From Leidyana gryllorum EB-2025a (Eukaryota; Protista; Apicomplexa): 64,000 nucleotides of DNA. Position numbers and translations under genes: made by a program. The DNA lies in the NCBI GenBank assembly GCA_048772705.1, contig JBLWGC010000109.1, positions 248,001 through 312,000 of the forward strand. The letters are read 5' to 3'. Below the pieces are notes generated by a model, which saw only the letters and a program-made list of their open reading frames with translations, did not search any database and was not told where the DNA came from. This document shows positions 57,291-64,000 of the stretch, in pieces; positions within the stretch are counted from its first letter, which is position 1; each line of letters starts with the position of its first letter.

Positions 57291-60200
57291 ATGGTGAGAT
57301 TTCAACTTGAAGGCCTCGAAGTATTCTTCCCCTACGAATATGTCTACCCCGAACAGTACGCCTACATGAGGGGTCTCAAGGAGACTCTCGACACCAAAGG
57401 CAACAGCGTACTGGAGATGCCCACAGGCACCGGCAAAACTGTCGCAGTCTTCTCACTCATCACAAGCTATCAACTGGCAAACCCGCATCTGGAAAAGTTC
57501 TACTTCTGCACACGAACTGTCGCGGAAATGGAAAAGGCTCTTCTCGAGCTGCGTGGAGTCCTCCGATATAGAGATGCTGAACTCACAAAAGACGGCGATA
57601 TTGAACGACTGAAACGAGCACCTTGTCTGGGACTCGCCTTGTCAGCCAGACGAAACCTGTGCGTTCATCCTGTCGTCTCCAGGGAACAAGACAGAGACAA
57701 GATCGACGAAAAGTGTAGGGTACTCACCGCTCCTTGGGTCAGACGAAAAGAAAGGCCCGAAGGGGGCGAAATCGACATCGAGGATCTTGATCCGGACACA
57801 TGCAAACTGTGCCCATGGTATGAAAATCTCGACGAGAGATGGCAGCCGGACTTTATACCCAAAGATATCTACACTGTGGATGACCTCAAACGATTTGGAG
57901 CTACCGGCAAAAACCCCATCACGGATGAGGATACATCCAATCCCAGAAGACATGAAATCCGGGGAGAAGAGACCTTACCAAAGTTCTGCCCGTACTTCGC
58001 AGCGAGGAGGCTCGTCCATGTTGCAGACATACTGGTTCTCAACTATCAGTACGTCCTTGACCCTAAAGTCGCTCAGGTGGCTTTCGGAGGCACCGGCTTG
58101 TATAGTTCGAAGGGGCAATTGCTCGTGGGAAATAGTAAATTGCTCAAACAAAAGGGTGCTCCAGGCGAGCTGACCAACAGTGGAGCCGGTAAAGAGCCAA
58201 ATGTTATTGTGTTCGATGAAGCACACAATATTGATAATGTGTGTATCGAAGCGTTGTCCATCAATATCACCATTCTGGACCTTGAAAGGGCTCGATACAA
58301 TATAAAACGACTGCAGGAGGCTGTCGGCATCGCTAAAAGAACCAATGCTGCGCAGTTGGCCCAAGAATACAGCCGATTGGTTGGCGATATGTATAATCGC
58401 CCTGCTGATCGTCCACAAGAGCAAGTCGACTACGAAAGTTTCCTGGAAGAGCATTTGGCTTCACCAATCTTGCCAGAAGAGCAACAGATGCTCCTGAACG
58501 CAATGCCGGGGAACATCAGCAAAGCCGAAACTTTCATCATACATTTGAGGGCGGTAGTGGCTTTCTTGGACCAGTATGTGAGGAGGTTCGAGGTGCTGTC
58601 GCAAGGCACAGTTAGCTTCCTCGCAGCTCTGGAGGAAGCGAGCAAAATTGAAATGGGGTCGCTCAAATTCTTCTATGAACGTTTAAAGTAAGGCCGACAT
58701 TGCGGATCGTTTGATGAGTTTTGCATTGCAGGTCCCTATTTGTGGCACTACAATTGACAAATCTGGAGGAATTCATGCCGATCGCTAAAGTGGCTGACTT
58801 CTGTACTTTGGTCGGCATGTATTGGAAGGGTTTTTGTATCATTGTAGATCCCTACCCCGAGGCTCCTGGAATGTATGATCCTGTGATCCAACTGTGCTGC
58901 CTGGATGCTTCGTTGGCGATCAAGCCAGTCTTTGAGCGGTTTCAGTCGGTCGTGTTGACGAGTGGAACAATTTCACCGTTGACTTTGTACCCCAAACTGC
59001 TCGACTTTGAGGTAAGAGATTCCAAAGGTTGGGCTGGCTCGATTACATGCGATGGAACCTTCAGTCCCATATAAGTCGTTCATTCCAAATGACAATGGAC
59101 CGAAAATGTATAATGCCAATGGTGGTGGCCAAGGGGCCTGATCAGGTGAGTGTGTGGCATAGTCTGTTTACAATTTCGCACACGATCTACAGATTCCTTT
59201 GTCGTCAAAGTTTGAGCTGCGAGAGGACGTTTCGGTGATTCGTAATTATGGATTGCTGTTAACAGAGTTCGCGAAGAACGTTCCGGACGGTTTGGTGTGT
59301 TTCTTCACGTCTTACGCCTATATGGAAATCGTCATTTCGCATTGGTACCAAATGGGTATCCTTGCCGATGTCATGCGGTACAAGTTGATTTTAATGGAGA
59401 CGAAGGACATTGTGTCAACCACTTTGGCGCTCGACAATTATCGACGGTGTTGTGATTCTGGCCGGGGTGCTGTCTTCTTTTCAGTGGCTCGAGGGAAGGT
59501 GGCGGAAGGGATTGATTTTGACCGCCACTACGGACGGGCTGTGATTCTCTTTGGCGTGCCGTTTCAATATACGTTATCGCGAGTTCTGAAGGCTCGACTG
59601 GAATATATGCGTCAAAACTATAACGTGCCCGAGAATGAATTCTTGAGTTTCGACGCCATGCGACAGGCCGCGCAGTGTGTTGGACGAGTTATTCGGTCCA
59701 AAGCCGATTACGGTCTGATGGTCTTTGCCGACTATCGATACGGCAAACAGGACAAGCGAGAGAAAATGCCTGAATGGATCAAAACAAATCTGGACTCTCA
59801 TCATACCACCCTTTCGGTCGATGTCGCCGTGAGTTTGCATCGATATCTTTCTATCTGATCATTGATTTCCAGGTGGCTGTGGCACGGCGGTTTCTGCTCG
59901 AAATGTCGCAACCCTTCACGATGAGTGCCATATCGCGACTCGACAAGAACAGCTTAGAGAAGCTCTATCAGTTGACTCAAAAGAAGCGGGCGAATGCGAA
60001 GGCAGCAGCTGCTGCTCAGTCAGCCCCACCCGCCAAGTCGCCTCGCATAGACCCGTCTTCAGCACCCAATGACGGCACCAATGCGGCTGGTGAGGCCCCA
60101 ATGGCCGAGGAGCCGGACGCAGCCCCAATGGCCGAGGAGCCGGACGCAGCCCCAATGGCCGAGGAGCCGGACGCAGCCCCAATGGCCGAGGAGCCGACTG

Positions 60201-60388
60201 CGGGCCACGTGGACGATCCCATGTCGGGTGAGGACAAAAAAGCCGAAGACAGCAAGCACACAGGCGAGGAGGCAGAGGGAGACAAGCCGACGGAGTCTAT
60301 CGTCGCGGATGTGCCGTCTTCTGCGGAAGGTGTTGAGAATCAAACGGCCTCTAATTCGGCAGATCCACCGTCCAAGGAGGGCACATAG
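57291..60388 (+). CDS. ERCC2: TFIIH helicase XPD/Rad3, 4 introns
   Basis: FFPYEYVYPEQY, LEMPTGTGKT, Fe-S cysteines, CPYF, FDEAHNID, LTSGTISP, ARGKVAEGIDF, QCVGRVIRSKADYG. Confidence 0.97.
60095..60196 (+). repeat. 27-nt tandem repeat (~3.8 copies) encoding APMAEEPDA in the XPD tail
   Basis: Directly visible, near perfect. Confidence 0.95.
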
Positions 60389-61748
60389 TCACAATCGAGG
60401 TTCAGATTCTTATCGTTGAGGTTGTCAGCAGCAAAGTCGTCAGTCATCTTAATGAGTCGACGGCAAGTCATCGGAGACGTCTGACCGTCGATATCGTCGC
60501 GAGCCATGAGGTCTGCGGTCACTCGATTGGCGGTTTCCTCGTTTTCGACGCATAGAGGGTCCAATGGCAACAGATTGAGGACATCACTGATGGCACCACG
60601 GCCCTCCCACTTCTCGACATTGACATTATGCTGTGATGGTGAGTAAGACTGAAGAGTTGGTGTGATTACCCTTTCAAAGAGAGCTTTGCTTTCGAGTCCC
60701 GTGCCGTACTCTTCGTAATACACAATCTTCTTGATCCCCTGGTGGTGGAGGTAGAATTGAGTGTGGAGAAGACTCTGCTCATCTTACTGCTTGCACGATG
60801 AGTTTGGCGCACCCCAAACACGGCAGGGCGGTGACATAAAGGTCACAATCGATGCAGCCTCGGCGTCCGACCTCGAGGACTGCGTTTGCTTCGGCGTGGA
60901 TACACTCGCACGCTTCCAGTCGTTGGCCGCTTCCAGTGTCCAGACACCGCTCACATCCACCTTCGAGGCAGTTACGGGCGCCAGAGGGGGTACCATTGTA
61001 TCCGGTGGCAGTGATCTGCCAATTGGTGGGTGGATGGAGAAGAGGTTTCGAGCCAATGCAATGCGTACCCTGTGATCCCGGACTACGACGGCTCCAACGC
61101 GTCGTTTCCGACAATTGGATCTCGAGGCGGCCATGAAAGCGATGCGCATAAAGTATAGATCCCAGGGTGGCCGGATCAGTGACGGAATCCGGTCGATGCC
61201 TTTGATAGCAGAGATGATGCGACGGCGTGGGTTCTTACACTTTTTGAGTCGTGAGGCTGTGTTTGCGAGTGTATCAGTCACAATGACTGCATCCTTGGGC
61301 AGATCTCCTGTGAGTTGGGGTGCGGTTCGCTCATCGTGGAGGATGAAGTCATAGAGGTTTTCGGGTGGAAAGTTTGATCGCTTAAATCTCAGCAACAGTG
61401 GACTGGTGACCTCCAGGAATATAGTTTGGGGCCTCCTGCGTGCGATCTGGCGCGTTTCAGCATCAAAGTTGGAGGCGGTGACGAGGGCCGCATAGAAGGG
61501 CACCTCGGAGTCAGTCGATTTGGTGACTGTGGAGGGGCGATTTGATGATGATTCCATAGATCTTTGAGCCACTGACCAAAGTCAATCACTGCCTTCATGT
61601 CGGGAAAGTGGAGTTCGTGTTCATAGCGCGCAGTCCGTTGTCCAATGACAATGCCTTTGGCATTATGTTCGTTCAAGAGGGCCTCATAGACAAATCTGCG
61701 TCCGGCATACATCCGTCCATGGAGAAGAATGAGGGCCGATGGAGACAT
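60340..61748 (-). CDS. DCTD: dCMP deaminase with fungal-Dcd1-like N-terminal extension, multi-exon
   Basis: RPPWDLYFM..ASRSNCRKRRVGAV, TGYNGTP, CIHAEANA, PCLGCAKLIVQA|GIKKIVY. Confidence 0.93.
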
Positions 61749-61766
61749 ACTGTGGTTTTTTAGTTG

Positions 61767-64000
61767 ATGGTGAGTGTCCCTCCGGCGGTGGTTCCGCGCG
61801 TAGCCCCTCTGGCCCGCCGAGCGGGGTCGACACCGACAACCTCTCCCCAATCAAACGGCACTGTCCCCACATCCACGTCCAACGTACCCAATGGCTTATG
61901 GTTCCATGCGGCGGAAGCCAGTCTGAGTCCTTTAGAGACCACAACACCCAATCCATCACCGGTAGTCCACCAACCAACTGCCCCTTCTCCCGATGGAACT
62001 CGGAGAAATCGGCCCAGTGTGGCCGAGATAAACGTGACTGCCAGACGTGCGACTCTTAATCCTCTCGCTGTCCCAGCACGCTTAGCTACGCTGAATGAGG
62101 AACAGATCGGTGCTCATGGAGGTGCTATGTCTGAGGCGAGGTCCCACCTCAACCAATTCGTTGCGTCGCATCCCGTACTCGTTACTGCGCTACCCATGTC
62201 GCCCATCCCACCTTTGGTCAACTCTGTGACTCCTCCGCCACCACCTTCTTCACCTCCTGCTGCCGATCGTGTGAGATTCAGCTCCCTCACTCGCGATCTC
62301 CCCACCACACCTGGGCAACAGCCACAACGGAAAATCTCACCACGAACTCCACCTGTCAAAGTGGGCTTAGACTCCGGATCGACCCATCGTCTACCCTCGG
62401 CCAAAGTGCCGAGTATGCCCTATTGGGCGCGCAGCGGCATCGAGGATGCCGCATCTGATACTGCCAGTGTTCGTGTCCACTCTGCGACAACCAGTCACTA
62501 TCATCACCATGGTTCCTCCAGTATGATCAGACGACACGGGCCGACCGTCCCTTCTCGGACTCGGACGACCCCAACCGGCTGCTGTAGCTGTTGGGGCCCA
62601 TGTTTCAGCAAACTGGGCTCCGCCCACCCAATCAGTCCTGATTTCCAAGCCGCTATTGTGACACCGAATCTGCAATTCGGTGACCGCTTACTCGAAGCCT
62701 TCTATGCAAATGAGTTCTACAAGAAACGAACGCGACCTCGGATCATGTTGATGTGCATATTTGGTTTAGTGTTGGTTGCATTTCAGTCGTGGCTGGGATT
62801 CAGTAATGCCGCGCGCTTGCAACGCGAACAGCAGCTCACTGCAGCCGAAATCATTTCTGCCACATCGACCCCCAGCCCGCCAGATGTTGAGAAATATGCC
62901 GCTGTCGCCTTACAGCAGCAATCGGGACCGATGAGTCTTCAGCCATTCATTATCGACACTCCAATACTTCATTACCAGATGCCACCGAGCGTACGTTTCC
63001 TTCAAGCTGCCGATTCGTGTTCTGGAGGTGTATGGGGCAGTACACCTATGGAGGGAAGCAGTTTGCCGAACGACCTCTCATTGTACACGCTGGCCTGTGT
63101 TGATCAATCTATGGTCGATCTCATCTTGTTGATCATCTGGATGCTAATAGCACTCTGTCGATGTATGGATCAGCGCATTGAGCTAGTGTCAATTGCAATG
63201 CAACTAATGGTGAGGGACACACACGCGTGTGTATCTACAGAGACGTCAACAGCGAACTGTACTCTTGATTTTCTTTGCCCAAGGGATGTACAGCCCGTGC
63301 GCCCAACTTCAAGGTCCCGTCAAGATCATCATGGACAACCTGGCAGTGGCTTCAGCAAACATTACTGTATTTAATGCTCTTGGGTTAGCACGAGTTCGAC
63401 GATCTTGTTTTATTAGTTTGGCTTGGATCGCTGGGGTCATGGAAGTTTGTATTGTAATGACTGCCAGCTCCATCAATGTCATTCGCAGAGATGATGTGGC
63501 GCACTTGTAAGCTCCCGATACCATGCAGAATGGTTGTACTGGATAATCTCTGCCAGATCTCTGTTCATTTTCATGTTTGCAATCATCCCTCTGGTAATTC
63601 TCGCTTGTCGGTACCGCGCCGAGATGGCTGAACGAGAAGGTCTCTACTACGCGGTGGTAAGTGAGTGGCCCGGGTCGGCCAACACCTGAGATCGGCAGAT
63701 GTTGGAGCACGTCAAAATGGTCAATTCGGAGCTGCAATCTACACTGGAGGACTTGTCGGCGGTCAAAGATACAGATATCGAGCACGCGCTCCCAGAAGGT
63801 GTTGTCCCAAGTCAGATCGTTCACGTTGCCGTGATGGAGCTACGGGCCGCTACAAAAATGGCAGACGGATTAGCTGAGAGCCTCCCTGGGTTCGCTGCCG
63901 AGCTCCACGCCGAACTCGGGACCCGGGAAAAGGAATTGATTTCGACTCACGACCCTTTGAGTTCTCATCGCAACGGTCCTCATAGCAGACGAGATAGTCT
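61767..64000 (+). CDS. Multi-TM protein, probably the N-terminal half of an apicomplexan-type cyclic nucleotide phosphodiesterase or cyclase (runs off window)
   Basis: Disordered N-terminus, several TM helices ending ACRYRAEMAERE, then a coiled coil (ELQSTLEDL); catalytic domain not in window. Confidence 0.5.

Noticed and set aside
60095-60196. Regular repeats as a CRISPR array
   Set aside because: No spacers; in-frame coding repeat in a eukaryotic gene (same for 10516-10677)

Overview
Extremely gene-dense eukaryotic DNA (standard code, short GT-AG introns mostly about 40-55 nt, intergenic gaps often under 60 nt). Oocyst-wall-protein repeats and Plasmodium/Toxoplasma-type PNP suggest an apicomplexan, probably gregarine-like (inference). 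About 30 protein genes are visible. Recognisable ones: CTP synthase (partial), Pat1, Vps72/YL1, TM9SF, MATH-BTB, PPPDE/DeSI, two tandem PNPs, an oocyst wall protein, F-box, DRAM/Frag1, kelch, RluA pseudouridine synthase, XPD, dCMP deaminase and a probable PDE N-terminus. No tRNA, rRNA, CRISPR array or clear mobile element was seen. Most interesting: (1) an intron-rich gene that, once spliced, reads like a dynein heavy chain reduced to AAA4-AAA6 with the stalk and buttress coiled coils deleted; (2) a complete Cys-loop ligand-gated ion channel with Trp at the M2 9' gate; (3) a 3308-aa single-ORF protein with two apparently Cys-less peroxiredoxin-like folds; (4) divergent start codons only 14-18 nt apart, and a TAG-ACG-ATG in-frame junction; (5) gene conversion between the PNP copies; (6) kb-scale oscillating strand skew. 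Family calls are by-eye motif recognition and exon models are manual; no searches were run.
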